Assembly: GCA_013265495.1 (NCBI GenBank)
Contig: MU058045.1
Location: forward strand, 257,241-321,240
DNA length: 64,000 nucleotides
Reading direction: 5' to 3'
From: Vicugna vicugna
Taxonomy: Eukaryota
Made by a program: the position numbers and the translations under genes
Notes under the pieces: model-generated
The model's database searches: none
What the model was told of the DNA's origin: nothing
Seen by the model: only the letters and a program-made list of their open reading frames with translations
Shown: positions 1 through 12,275 of the stretch, piece after piece
Position numbering within the stretch: position 1 is the stretch's first letter
Layout: each line of letters starts with the position of its first letter

Positions 1-989
1 GCTTGGGACTGAGGCTGACGTGTAACGGACCCTCATTAAGTATGAGTCATTGTAATTTCTTACTTAAAGTCTTCCCTAGCCCTTCTTTGCATACAGAAAT
101 AGGGTTGACCCTTGACCTTGACATTCAAGACTCTCCATCAGCAGCTCCCGCCTGTCTTATTGGTTCTCAGTCTAGAACTGTCCAGATGCAGAACTGGAAT
201 CTCACTTGACTGTCCCACAGGCATCTTAGACTCCATGTGTCCACCCTCTCCAGACCTGATGTCCCTGCCCGGGCCCCACTCCGGCCCGTGAGCGCTCTCA
301 GGCTTAATGGCAGCACCAACAATGTCATGGACATCCTCTTCCTCTCTTGCCACTTGCCCACTTCTCGCCAGCCAGTGATCTACCGTCATAGTGCTTCTTG
401 GAACCTGACCCCCATGTAACCTCAGAGCTTTATCTCTCAGCTCTGCCCACCCCATAGCCACACTGAATCACTTCTAGTTGCCCAAACACTGTTTCCTCAT
501 GTCTCCTCACCTTTGCCCAGGCTTGTTCCTGGACCTGAAATGCCTTTCTCCTCTGGCTTAGACACCATCTCTTCTGAGAAGTCTTCCCCGAGCCCCTGAG
601 ACAGAGTGGGGCCATGTCTGCTCCAGGCATCTCTCAGATGGTCCCTATCACATCAGGTGATGGTGTTTCTTTACACATCTTCCCTCTACACCACACACTA
701 CTCTCTAAAGCCGCTGCTTAAGGATTGCTGTCTTTGTTCCCTCAGAGCCTGGCATGTAGTGCTACCACGAAGTGTCCCTGACAACTCCAGCACCTTCTCT
801 GAGCCCTGGTGATATGCCCTCCCCATGTCAGCCCTACATGAGCACGTAACGCAGGAGGCTAGTGGAGTCTGTGTTTCTTTTGTGCACAGAAGGCCAACCG
901 ACCAGAGTATGGCCCACCAGGGCAGAAATGGCTTTTCTGAGCCTTTCACCCAACAGGGGAGGCTGCTGTTTTAACAACAGTTTTAAAAA

Positions 990-1426
990 CAGCCCCACAG
1001 TCTGTGACGTGCCTCCTATCCTTCCTTTGAAACTGGACTCTGTGACTAGCTGGCCAAGTGCATGTGGCAGAAGTGATACTGGGCCACTTTCTGGGCCTAG
1101 GCCTTAAGAATCTGGCACCTTCTACCCTGTGCTTCTTGGAACACTCACTTTGAAACATAGGCACCATGCTCTGAGGATGCTCAGCCTAGGAGTCCCTACA
1201 GAGGGATTCAGCCAACAGCCAGCATCTATTGCCAGAGTGTGTGATGACACAGCCACCAGCTGTCAAATCACCCCTAGACTTTCAGTTTTTCCACCCAAGG
1301 CCCCAAACATAGTAGAGCAGAGATAAAGCATTCCCCCAGTGTCCTGCTGGAATTCCAGACACTGGAAGTCCTGGAGCAGAATAAAATGGTTGTTTTAATG
1401 CCACTCAATGATAGATAACTGGAACA
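990..1426 (+). mobile_element. MaLR (MLT1-like) LTR remnant
   Basis: 3' end AATAAAATGGTTGTTTTAATGCCACT...ATAGATAACTGGAACA is typical of MLT1 LTRs. Confidence 0.55.
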
Positions 1427-1629
1427 CTGGGGCAGAAAAAAGGTCCTAGGACTTGGCATTTAAGGCCCTGGGTTGACGATGTGGCTGGCCTGGCCACTTC
1501 CTAACTATGTATGTACATGAGGACACTTCATCAGCCTGAGCTTCAGTCTTCCTACCTGTAAAATGGAGTTAATGGTGACTAAGATGTATGGAGACTGTGT
1601 CAGACATCATTCTAAGCATTTTAAGTACT

Positions 1630-2150
1630 GTATTTGCTATCTATAGCTGTGTAACAAATTACCCTAAAACAATAAACCCTTATTATCTCACAGTTTCTGT
1701 GGCTCAGAAATTCAGGAGCAGCTCAAATGGGTGGTTCCGGTTCAGAGTTTCTGATGAGGGTGCCATCAAGATGTTGGTCAGGGTTGCAGGAATCTAAGAT
1801 TTGACTGGGGCTGGTGGATCAGCTCCCAAGATGGCTCACTCACATGCCTGGCACTTTGGTGTTGGCTCTTGGCAGGAGCGCTCAGCTTCTCGACGTGTGG
1901 AGTCTCTCAACAGGGCTGCCTGACTGTCCTCATGACATGGTGGTTGGCCTCCTCCAGAGCGAGTGGTCCAAGAGGGAAAGGCAGAAGCCACACTGTCTTT
2001 CACGGCCTAGCTCAGAAGTCACATGCCATCCTTTTCACAATATCCCATTGATTACACAGATCAGCCCTGTTCATTGTGGGAAGTCACAGCAGTGTGAATA
2101 CAGGGAGGGGAGGTTCACTGGGAGCCATTTTGGAGACTGGCTACCACACA
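1630..2150 (-). mobile_element. MaLR (MLT1-like) LTR remnant
   Basis: GCTGTGTAACAAATTACCCTAAAAC...TTATTATCTCACAGTTTCTGTGG...GGCTACCACA. Confidence 0.65.
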
Positions 2151-2159
2151 CATAGATGC

Positions 2160-2340
2160 AGCTAATTCTCCAATAGCCCCCCGAAGGTAAATACTCCCAA
2201 TAGGCTCATCTTGAAGAGGAGGAAACAGAGGCACAGAAGTGTGAAGTAACTCACTCAGATTGAGAGAATGGTAAGTGATAAAGCTGAGATTCAAACTCAG
2301 GCAGTCGGGCTCCAGAAGTGAGGTCTCAGCTCCTGTTCTA
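2160..2340 (-). mobile_element. MIR SINE
   Basis: GAGGAAACAGAGGCACAGA...AAGTAACT...GAGATTCAAACTCAGGCAGTC core. Confidence 0.6.
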
Positions 2341-4189
2341 TAAAGGCCCTCAGCTCCACTCTAAGCCTGGAGGAGTATGGTAGATGTAAGAGTGCTTCCA
2401 CTTTGGAAGGCAAACCATCAGATAGATACAAGGTTGTGGGCTGGTGACTCTGTTAACTAGTGAAGTAAATGCAAATTGGGAAAAGATGGGGCCTCAGGGT
2501 CCTGGGAGATGGCGGATGCAACAAGAGGGTTTTACCCAAGAGTCTGGGGAGGGATAACCACGTGGGGCCAGGGAGTGCCACACAGGGAGGGGGCAGGGGT
2601 GGGTTCACCAGGACGCTAGTGGATTAGGTTTAGATATTCCCATCCCCATCATTCCCAGCAAAGGTGCTCTTGACGTCAAAAATCTCCTTGTTTTTTCACT
2701 CTACCCAGATGACTCTGTCCCGTCCATTTGTTCAGCAAAGGTTATGAGCACGTATCATATGAGTCAGGCACTTAGACTGGGCATGGGGTACAGAGCGATG
2801 TCCAGGCAAGATGAAGTCATTTTCTACCTGGTGCTTGGAGTCTAGCAGGGGAGACAGACAAGTTACTGGCAAATTCTACCAGAGCAACAAGTGCAATGAT
2901 GGGAAAACACATGGATCTTGGGGTGCAGGGGAAGAGACCTGACCAGCTGGGAGTAGGCTTCCTGCATGTAGCAAAGCCAGTTTGGGAGAAGGGGATGGGA
3001 CGACTTCCAAGCAGAGGGAACAACCTCAGAAGAGAGGCTCAGAAGAGAGAGACAGCCAGACCGCTGAGGTGTTTTGCTGCATTGAGAGGTTGGTGTGGGT
3101 CAGGTGGAAAGGGGAGAGCCCAGTGATCTCAGAGATCACAGCAGAAAAGGAAAAGCCAAGGAAGCACAAATGTGATTCCTGCTAGGAGCAGGAATGTTTC
3201 TGCACAAGGATGGGCCCCAGCCGTCACCCAAACTCAAGGTGGGGGTTGGGGGTTGGCCACCTGGGTGCCCTCTCTGCTTGTCCTCCTGGTTCTCTGCCTT
3301 GTGGGGAAAGACTTGGCCCTGCTGGTGTGAATGTGCTCATCCTTCTCGGATGCAGAGCCTGCAGGGCAGGGCAGAGGCTGGGGAAAGGCAGATGAAGGGG
3401 GTGGTGCTCCATCTGGGCCTCCAGGTTTAAGCGTTAGCAGGATGCCCCATCTCAGCCTGGAGAAGGTGCTCCCAGTGGGGGTGGGGGTGGGGGATGGTCA
3501 GACTGTGCTCCCCCACCCCCCATCCTCCTTTATGGGCAAAGGTGGGGATTAGAGAAACTTCACTCCAAAAGTGCAAAACAAACAGGGAGAAGGGGAGGGA
3601 TACAGAGGCCTCTGATTCCCTGGGTTTTATGAGTCAGAGACAAAGGTGAGCCTGAGCTTCTGCCTCTGGTTTTCTGCTGGACCACAGAGGACTTAGGCCA
3701 AGAGTGCAATGAATAGCACCTCCTCTCCATCCTACAGCCAAGGCATAGGCAGGGGCAGCCCCTCTCCCCAGAACCAATGGTCAGGGCCTCTTCCCTGAGC
3801 TCCCTGCTTCTTCTCTCTCACCTTTTCCCAGTCTCTTACTAATGCAGGCTGGTTCTATCACTCCCCTGTTTAAAGCCTCTTAGTGGTTACCAGAGCCCTC
3901 AGGTAAGGCCCAAGCTCCTGACCATATTCTACAAGACCCCTTAGAATGAATCCAATCAGGGCAGGGATCATGTCTCCTTGTTCACCTGGGTCCCCAGAAC
4001 CTGGCACAGTGAAAGCTTACTGGAAGGATGAATTGATGCCTAGTCTGCCTTCTGCCAGCCTCTGGCTGCATCTGCCTTCATATTCCCCCATGTGTTCTAC
4101 ACTCATGTATTCACTCAACTCCCAGAGGACCTCTAGTGCACCCAGATCTGGGAGGACACTGGACATTCAAAGGAAGATCAGGTTTCACA

Positions 4190-4760
4190 GACTCTTCCTT
4201 GAAGATGTTCATGGAGCCATTGTGCTTTCCACCAAGAACATGGATAACACCAGGATGAATCTCAAAATGCACTGAGTAAAAGAAGCCAAGTGCAAATAAT
4301 AAACACTGGATGATTCTATTGACAAAAAGGTCAAGAGCAGGTAAAACTGATCTATAGGTTTTTTTTTTCTTTAATGTTTTTATTTCTTCCAGCTTGTCTC
4401 ATCATTCAGACCATTTTTAAAAAATTTTTTTGGTTTATTTATTTTTTGGAAGGGGAGGTAATTAGGTTTATTCATTTATTTATTTTTAATGGAGGCACTG
4501 GGGATTGAACCTGGGACCTCGTGCATGCCAAGCACACACTCTACCACTGAGCTATACCCTCCTCCTGATCTATAGGTTTTAGAAATCAGAATAGTAATTG
4601 TCTCTGGGGAATGGGATTGACTGAAAATAGGCACAAAGCTACTTTGTGGGATTGTAGAAATGGTCTAGGTCTTTGTATTAATGGATATGTAGAATTGTTG
4701 AAATGCATTGAACTGTACAGTTAAATCTGTCCATGTTACTGAATGTAAATTATACCTCAG
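4190..4760 (+). mobile_element. Old L1M 3' end fragment, interrupted by the SINE
   Basis: GATGAATCTCAAAA...AGTAAAAGAAGCCA...GAACTGTACA...TGTAAATTATACCTCA, typical of L1MC/L1ME 3' UTRs. Confidence 0.7.
4363..4564 (-). mobile_element. tRNA-derived SINE (camelid-type) with a 16-bp target-site duplication
   Basis: B-box-like GGGATTGAACCTGGGACC and A-box-like CTACCACTGAGCTATACCC in antisense, T-rich tail, TSD CTGATCTATAGGTTTT at 4347-4362 and 4565-4580. Confidence 0.85.
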
Positions 4761-4809
4761 TCAAGTACTGTCAGCATAGGAAGTTGTCATATGACTGTAA
4801 CAATCACAA

Positions 4810-5250
4810 AAACCCCTCAGTGTATGGATTAAACAGCACATCAGACATAATCAAAGAGTGAATCGGTGAACTGGAAGACAGAGTTGAAGAGATTACCCAG
4901 ATTGCACTATGAAGACACAAAGAATAGAAAATATGGGAGAGAGTTTAAAAGATATGGAGGATCAAGCGAAAAGCTCTACCATACTTCAACTCAGAGTCCT
5001 CAAAGGAGAGAACACAAGGAAAGGAGGAAAAAAAGAATATTTGAAGAGTTACTGGCTGAAAATTTTTCAAAACTAGTGAAAGATATAAATTCAGAGACAC
5101 AGGAAATACAACACATTGAGCAGAATAAATAGAAAGAAACCCATACCTAGACTCTCTGTACTAGAACTACAAAACACCAGTGGTACCTTAAACTCAGGGA
5201 GAAAAGACAGATCACTTACAAAGGAATAACAACCAGACTGAGTAGACTTC
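4810..5250 (+). mobile_element. Degenerate LINE-1 ORF1 fragment
   Basis: Translates to IFEELLAENFSKLVKDINSETQE and ELEDRVEEITQ (L1 ORF1p-like), with frameshifts. Confidence 0.75.
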
Positions 5251-5869
5251 CTCATAACCAATATGCATTGCGCCTATTCTACGCCTACGCTGTCCCAGGT
5301 ACCGAGAACACAAGGATGAGCAAGACAGATCCAGCCCCTACCTGAACCACTCAGAAGCTCTGTCTCTATCCCCAGCCCCCCATACACACAAGACTTCCCA
5401 CATGGCCACCCTGGGGAGTTCCCCATAGGCCCATTTTAGGGGCAGCACATTGGAATGGGAAAAGGCCATTCAGAGCTGGGAAAAGGCAATAGCTTCAATC
5501 TTAGCCTCCGTCTAGGCTGGGGGCTGGCTTCCTGCAGCACCATCAACACCTCCGTTGTGGCAACATTCCAAAGCCCGGGGCACCAGGCCTCTTTCCTCTA
5601 TCAGAGTGCCAGGAAGCTCTCCCCTCTACTCAGGGGCAGGGACTATGCCCTACTTCGCCTTGTATCCCCGGGGCCTGGGCAAGATGTCTCTACCAGGTGC
5701 TTATTCATTTAAGGGGTGGGGACCTGGTTGAGGGGTGGAGGATTGGTTAGACGGGACAAGGGGGCAGGACACCGAGGAGGAAAGGGTTGAAAGTTCTTTG
5801 GAGAAGTGTGGAAAGAGGATGTGAAGGTGGGAAGAGGATGGGAGGGACAGGGGAAGGGAGGCTTTTTAG

Positions 5870-6330
5870 AGTCTGGCCTGGCGGAGGGTCGGCCCGCCAG
5901 GCGCTCTCACCTTGTCCACCAGGGGACCCGGGCCAAGCCTCCAGGTCCCGCCCTCCGCGGCCTCGGTCCCGCCCTTCCCGGGATTTAGTCCCGGCAGCCT
6001 GGGCGGTTCCCCAGCCACCGCTTCCGCCTTCGCCAGGTGAGGGTCGGGGAAAGTAGGAGAGCTGGGGGCCCAGGGGGCCCGGGGTGGCGGGGCATCCGTC
6101 GCCTGGGGCGCGTCCGCGGGTGCTGGGCCTCCCTTCCCCACTCCGTCCCTTCCACGGCCGCGTTTCGTCGGGTCCCCCGTTCGGTGCTTTCCCCTTCTCA
6201 CCTGGCAACCGGTCCCCGGTCTCCCAGGGTCCTGGGCTTCCTCCTGCCCGGCCCCTGCGCGTGCCCAGTTCCCAGCCACCTCTGAGCGTCCATCTGGACC
6301 CAGCTGGGGTCCTCTGCTGCCTCCCGGCTT
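5870..6330 (+). promoter_or_regulatory. CpG island / TNK1 promoter with a probable non-coding exon 1 (donor CAG|GTGAGG after 6036)
   Basis: CpG-dense, GC boxes, strong donor 1.3 kb upstream of the ATG exon. Confidence 0.7.
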
Positions 6331-7355
6331 AACTAAGTGGGGGAAGGGAGGGGGCCAGGAGAGTGTAAGGGAGAGCGTATGTGCTGGCAGCCAGCATTCA
6401 GAGGACCTAGAGCCTTATTTAATAAAGATTGGTGGAGTTACCTTGGGGCCAGGTTAGCGCGAGTGACGCAGGTGTGCCGACCAGGCTCTGTACCTGGAGC
6501 TGAACTCAGGTGGGTGTGGAAGGGGCCGTGCACCTGGCAGCCTGGGTGCCTCTGAGCAGTACCTGAGCTTAATCAGCCATCACAAATGCTGGATTTGATT
6601 TCAAATGTTGCTGCCTTGGGTGGAGAAGAGGCAATGATCCTGGGCATCTCTGGGCAGAGGGGGCAGTCTGCCGGCATAACTCAGGTGCATGTGGACAACG
6701 TACCTTGATGTCTTGTGTGTTGTGTGTGTTTGTGTGGACCTTGGTGTCTCAGATGTGTGGGGCGGTGTATCTCGGAGGCAGTGAACTCAACATGTGTCAG
6801 GTACGTGTGTGAGGAGTACGTGGCAGGGAGCCTGGTGTCCAATGGCAGCGTAAACTGGAATGCCTCAGCTATGAGAGACTGTGTATCTGGGTGTCCCAGG
6901 CATCTTTTGCATCCTACCTATAGGCCTGTGTGTGTGCACGTGCCTGTGTGGTATTGTTAGTGGATCTGGGCATCTCTGGAGTGTTATGAGGGGGGTCAGA
7001 ATGCCACAGGTGTACGTCAGTGGGTGTGCACAAGGGTGCACCTTAGGTCTAAAAGGCTGTGAACCTGGGTGGCCTAGGGGTACAAGTGGTGTTCCGTGAT
7101 ATCTGAAAGTGAGCAGGGCCACACACCTGAAGTCTGTGCACTGCTGAAAGTCTGAGGTGTGAGAACATCTTCCCGGGGTTTGTGTGTCTGAGGGGCAGGA
7201 TTCCTGGCTGTCTCTGATGCATCCCTCCCTCTGTACCTGAGCTTTTCTGAGGGTGGAGCTGGCAACCGTGTTTCGAGTGCCTGAGTGTCTCAGGTACCCA
7301 CCTGGGCTATGTGTCTGGAGGTCAGGGCATCACCAGAGGGGTTCCTTCTACAGAC

Positions 7356-10300
7356 ATGCTCCCTGAGGCAGGCTCCCTATGGCTGCTGCGGCTGCTCCGG
7401 GACATCCAGCTGGCCCAGTTTTACCGACCCATCCTTGAAGAGCTTAATGTTACTCGGCCAGAACACTTCGATTTTGTAAGACCTGAGGATCTGGACGGCA
7501 TTGGCATGGGCCGGCCTGGTGAGAGTCCCATGCCCTGAGGCCCTGGCTCTCTCCTTCCGCAGCCTGTTAGTTGCTACCCTGCCCCCCTCCCACCCACCAG
7601 CCCTCTTCTTTCCTTTAAAACTCTTGCATCCTGCCCGCCCCCTCCCCGCCCTCAGCTGAAGCTCTGAAGAGGCACCGTTCAGGGCTCAAGTCTAAGAACT
7701 GGGTCTACAAGGTGTGTGTTTTGGGGTGCAGGTGAGAGGCTTAAAGGGCCAGCTCAGGCCTGGGCAGAGGAAGGTATGCAGGGTTCTGCACACTTGATTT
7801 CCCACCCCTGTTTCAGATCCTTGGGGGTTTTGCCTCCGGGCAGAAGGAGACCACCTCACCCTCAGGCAGCCTTCTATCCCTCCCTGAGCCAGATGGGGGA
7901 CTCAAGTGTCTGATCCCAGACAGTGCTGTGTGCAGAGGGGAGCTTCTGGGCTCCGGCTGCTTTGGTGTGGTGCACCGAGGGCTTTGGACACTGCCCAGCG
8001 GCCAGACTGTGAGTGTCCAGGGAGCCTACTTCATTCTGGGTACTAGGGCCAGCTGCCTCCTATGTTCTGTGTGCCCTCTCTGCTCTGGCCTTGGCTTAAC
8101 TATTCCCTAGGGTGCCTGATGGTGCTTCCACCCATCTCCAGGTCCCAGTGGCTGTCAAGTCCCTCCGGGTGGGTCCTGAAGGCCCAGAGGGCAGCGAGCT
8201 AGGGGACTTCTTGCGAGAGGTGTCCGTCATGATGAACTTGGAGCACCCACACGTGCTTCGTCTGCATGGCCTGGTACTGGGCCAGCCGCTGCAGATGGTG
8301 AGCAGACCCCGACGCCGGCTCCTGGGGCAGTCGCGAGGCTGAAGTGCCACCGGAGGGTGAGCACCAGATTCTCCTGGGGCCGCACCACTGCTCACACGGC
8401 TGTGCTCCCGCAGGTGATGGAGCTGGCGCCCTTGGGCTCCCTGCACGCGCGCCTGACCGCCCCACCCCCCACGCCCCCACTGCCCGTGGCCCTGCTCTGC
8501 CTCTTCCTGCGGCAGTTGGCAGGGGCCATGGTGTACCTGGGGGCCCGCGGGCTGGTGCACCGAGACCTCGCTACGCGCAACCTGCTGCTGGCTTCACCGC
8601 GCACGATCAAGGTGGCTGACTTCGGGCTGGTGCGGCCGCTGAGCGGCGCCCGGGGCCGCTACGTCATGGGAGGGCCCCGCCGCATCCCCTTTGCCTGGTA
8701 AGGGTGAGGGGGCGGATCTGGAGGGCAGGAGCTAAAGTGGTGCGGGGCGGCTGGTCCTCCGAGGGGGCTGGGGCTAGAGGAGTCGTCGGGTCTGGAAGGG
8801 CTGGGAGAGGAGGAGCACTGGGGGGCTTACCCAGGGGCAGGTTGTAGCTCCCGGGGCACACAGCCCACACACATCGGGCCCCCTTCGGCTCCGCTTCCGC
8901 AGGTGTGCGCCCGAGAGCCTGCGCCAGGGGGCCTTCTCTTCCGCCTCGGATGTGTGGATGTTTGGGGTGACGCTGTGGGAGATGTTCTCTGGGGGCGAGG
9001 AGCCGTGGGCCAGGGTCCCACCGTACCTCATCCTGCAGCGGCTGGAGAAGGACCGAGCCCGCCTGCCTAGGCCTCCCCTCTGCTCCAGGGCCCTCTACGC
9101 CCTTGCCTTGCGCTGCTGGGCCCCCCACCCTGCCGACCGGCCCACCTTTTCCGACCTAGAGGGGCTGCTCCAAGAGGTGGGAACTCCTGCCTCCCCAGAT
9201 ACAATCAGTCTGTCTTCCTTTCAGTCTGTCTCCCAGGATTCCATGCACAAGAGTAACAGATACAGACTCCCGAGCTGGGGTCTGGGACCTGGCTCTGAAC
9301 AAATCAGATTCATTCTCTGCCTGCAGGGCGTTCAGAGTTCCTGGAGAGGAGTTGGGGTCTATTGGATGCAAGCTGAAGGGCTCGGGCAGAGAAGGGGGAG
9401 CCCGGAGCCCAGAGCAGTAGGAGACAGGAAAGGTTCCGCGTGGGAGGGGGAAGTACCCTAACTGAGGTGGCAGAGGCACCTTAGGGGTGAGCGGAGGAGG
9501 GACTTGTAAGACATGGTGAATAATCAGCCCTGACACCTAGGGCACTTGATCTGTGTGAGATACTGTGCTAAGTGCTTTACTGCTTTAGCTGTATTCTTAT
9601 GCACATTCACTCATTTAATCCTCACAACAACCCAACTCAATTTTAGAGAGGGGGCAGTTAAGACACTGAGAGTTTAAGTGATTTGCATAAAGTCACACAG
9701 GAAGTGGAGGCCTGGAGTTTGAACCAATCACTCTGTCTTAAGAGCTGTGCCCTAAATCACTAGGTACTCTGCTGTTAAAGGAGTTTAGTCTTTACTCTGC
9801 AGGCACCTGGGAGCCATGGAAGGGTTTTGAGCAGGGGAGTAACAAGCCACATTTACATGTTATAGCACTCTGGCTTGCTGCAAGAATGGATTAGAGGGGT
9901 GACACTGAAGATGGGAAGACCAGGTAGGCCACAGTGGCTGTGAAGCAGAAGTGAGATGCAAAGGCTTGGATGAAGGTCAAAGCAGTAGTGCTAGAGAGAA
10001 GAGGAAATTTTCCAGAGGTGCTTGGGAGGTAGATCTAATGAGCCTGGGTGAGGAGTAAAAGCAGTGTACAGGGTGACTCTCCCCTTGGTCCCCCTAGGTA
10101 GAGAGAGGGCCCCTCTTTGTTGCTCCCTGAGTCCTGGGCTGTGCCCAGCTTGGCATGGAATCCAGGTCTGCCTCTTCCACTAGATTACAACTGGGGGACA
10201 GGGACCATCCCTCCTTGGGCCCAGGACAGAGGACATGTGCGGTACGGGTTTGACTGGTGGGTGCATAAGCAGTCCCTTCTCTGCTCCTGTGATATTACCC

Positions 10301-12275
10301 TTCTAACTCAGGCCACCTTTCCTCCTGAATCTGCAGGCCTGGCCTCCTGAGGGACATTGTGTGAGGGATGTCACAGAGCCAGGTGCCCTGAGAATGGAGC
10401 CTGGTGACCCCATCACTGTTATCGAGGGCAGGTGAGGGGCCTCACGCCTGCCACCCAACCCTGGAGGACTCCCTCCCTACCCTCCTGACCCTGGTCCCAT
10501 CTCTGCCTCTCCCACACTCCTTGAACCCTGATCCTCTGCCTCATCTCCTCTTCTCCCCACAGTCCTGGCCTCCCCGCTGGAGCCCCCACTGGCCCATAGA
10601 GCCCTTTTGTTTTAGGGAGATAAAGGCTTCCCTTCCACCAGGCAGATACAACTCCAGGGCACAGCTTGTGAGCTGAATGTGGGCAGGAGCCCAGCCCCAA
10701 CTCTCCCCTGTCGCTCCCACCCCTTCACCCGCGCCTCTTCCCACAGCCCCGACTCCACAACCTGGAAGGGCCAGAATGGCCGCACCCTCAAAGTGGGCAA
10801 CTTCCCAGCCTCGGCAGTGACGCTGGTAGACTTGGGGGGCTCGTCAGCCACCCGTCCAGTTCTCAGAGGCTCCCCTGCCCGGGGAGAGAGACATCAGGGA
10901 AACACAGATGGGTGAGGACCTGGGGCAGAGTGGGGGGCAGAGCTGAGCTGGGGACAGCAAATTTTCTGGAAGGGAAGCCTGGGGAGGGGAGTTGGGTAAA
11001 GCGGGAGGGGAGTTGGGTAAAGCTGGAGGGGAGGCTGGACTTGCCTTCCAGCTGAGCTTCCACTCTGGGTCTCAGCCTGCCTGGAAGCCCCAGAGATTCT
11101 TTGGGGAGGAGACACTGCTATATGAGGTAGGGGTGTGGGGTCTGTGGAGAATCAACTGGAACTCTCTTCAACAGAGCGAAGGCAAAGCTTCGGGATCCCC
11201 CTCCAGCCCGGGGTCAGAGAAGGAACGTGGCCCTGCAGAGGATGAAAGGTGGGCGCGGCAGTGGGGACTGGGCCTCCAGGGTCTCTGAGGAGGTCAAGGA
11301 CAACCCTCCAACAGCGCCCCCTGCTCTGAAGCCTTGCCTCTGCTTGTGTGATTTCCCCGCCTATGGTTTCCCTCCTCACATTCTGCCTGCGGACACCCCG
11401 GCTCTACTTTGGACAGCACCTCCCCACTGCAGCCCCTGGCAGTTCTTTGGGCCCTCAGCTACCTAAGCCCAGGCACACCTGTCTTATTGTCCCCCCCAAC
11501 ACGAAGACCACCCCGAGGACAGCACAGATGGACAGAGAACGGGAAGATGGCAGCTGGACTTCCTCTCAAGTGGTTTCTTTCTCAAATGTGCAGGCATTTC
11601 CAAGAGTCTGGAGTCAGTTCTGTCCCTGGGCCCCCGCCCCACAGGAGGTGGGTCGAGCCCCCCCGAACTTCGACATGCCAGAACTGCGCACCAGGGACCC
11701 CCGGGCCTGTCATCCCGCCCTCCCGTTGCTGCCAGCTCTTCTCAGCCCAGCCAGCCTTCCAGGGAGCGGCCTCCCTGGTCCAGAAGAGAACCCCCCCACA
11801 GTCACTCCATAGGAGTACCTGGGGCCAGCAAAGCCACCATCCCCTCTGGGGGACCCTTGCCTGACCCCGAGTTGCAGAGGAGGATTATAGAGGTGAGGTC
11901 TCCCTGGAGTGTCCTGGTGTCCAGAAGGGGCTACAGGATGAAGGTGGGGGGAGGGGCCTAAGTGAGGCTTTGTCCCTGCAGGTGGAGCTGAGTGTGCATG
12001 GAGTCACCCACCAGGAGTGCCAGCTGGCTCTAAGAGCCACTGGGGGAGACGTGGTTTCTGCCATCCGGAATCTGAAGGTAAAGTCAGACCCTTCTCTCGG
12101 GCTCCTGCCTCTCGCGCCCCAGCCGGCTGGCAGTCGGCTGCCCTTCCTCCCATCTCCACAGGTGGACCAGCTCTTCTACCTCAGCAGCTGGTCCAGAGCC
12201 GAGTGTCGACGCATCCTGGAGCGTTACCAGTGGGACCTCTCAGCTGCCAGTCGCTATGTCCTGGCCCGGCCCTGA
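7356..12275 (+). CDS. TNK1: Non-receptor tyrosine kinase TNK1 (SAM-kinase-SH3-Pro-rich-UBA), about 655 aa, 12 coding exons
   Basis: Exons 7356-7518, 7656-7711, 7817-8008, 8142-8297, 8414-8697, 8903-9176, 10337-10431, 10747-10911, 11175-11248, 11594-11892, 11982-12077, 12162-12275. All are GT-AG, the phases are consistent and they total 1968 nt. Starts [11 protein letters not shown], contains [21 protein letters not shown] and WCAPE, and ends [14 protein letters not shown]. Confidence 0.96.
9530..9770 (-). mobile_element. MIR SINE in a TNK1 intron
   Basis: TGCTAAGTGCTTTA...CATTTAATCCTCACAACAACCC...AAGTGATTTGC..AAGTCACACAG. Confidence 0.65.
10983..11033 (+). repeat. 21-bp G-rich tandem repeat (about 2.4 copies) in a TNK1 intron
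   Basis: GGAGGGGAGTTGGGTAAAGC(G/T) units. Confidence 0.85.

Noticed and set aside
2460..3640. CRE (2671), octamer (2469), AP-1 and TEAD-like motifs upstream of TNK1
   Set aside because: Scattered short motifs that cannot be distinguished from chance without chromatin data.
4490..4564. tRNA-like sequence
   Set aside because: SINE head with TSD and A-rich tail, not a tRNA gene.
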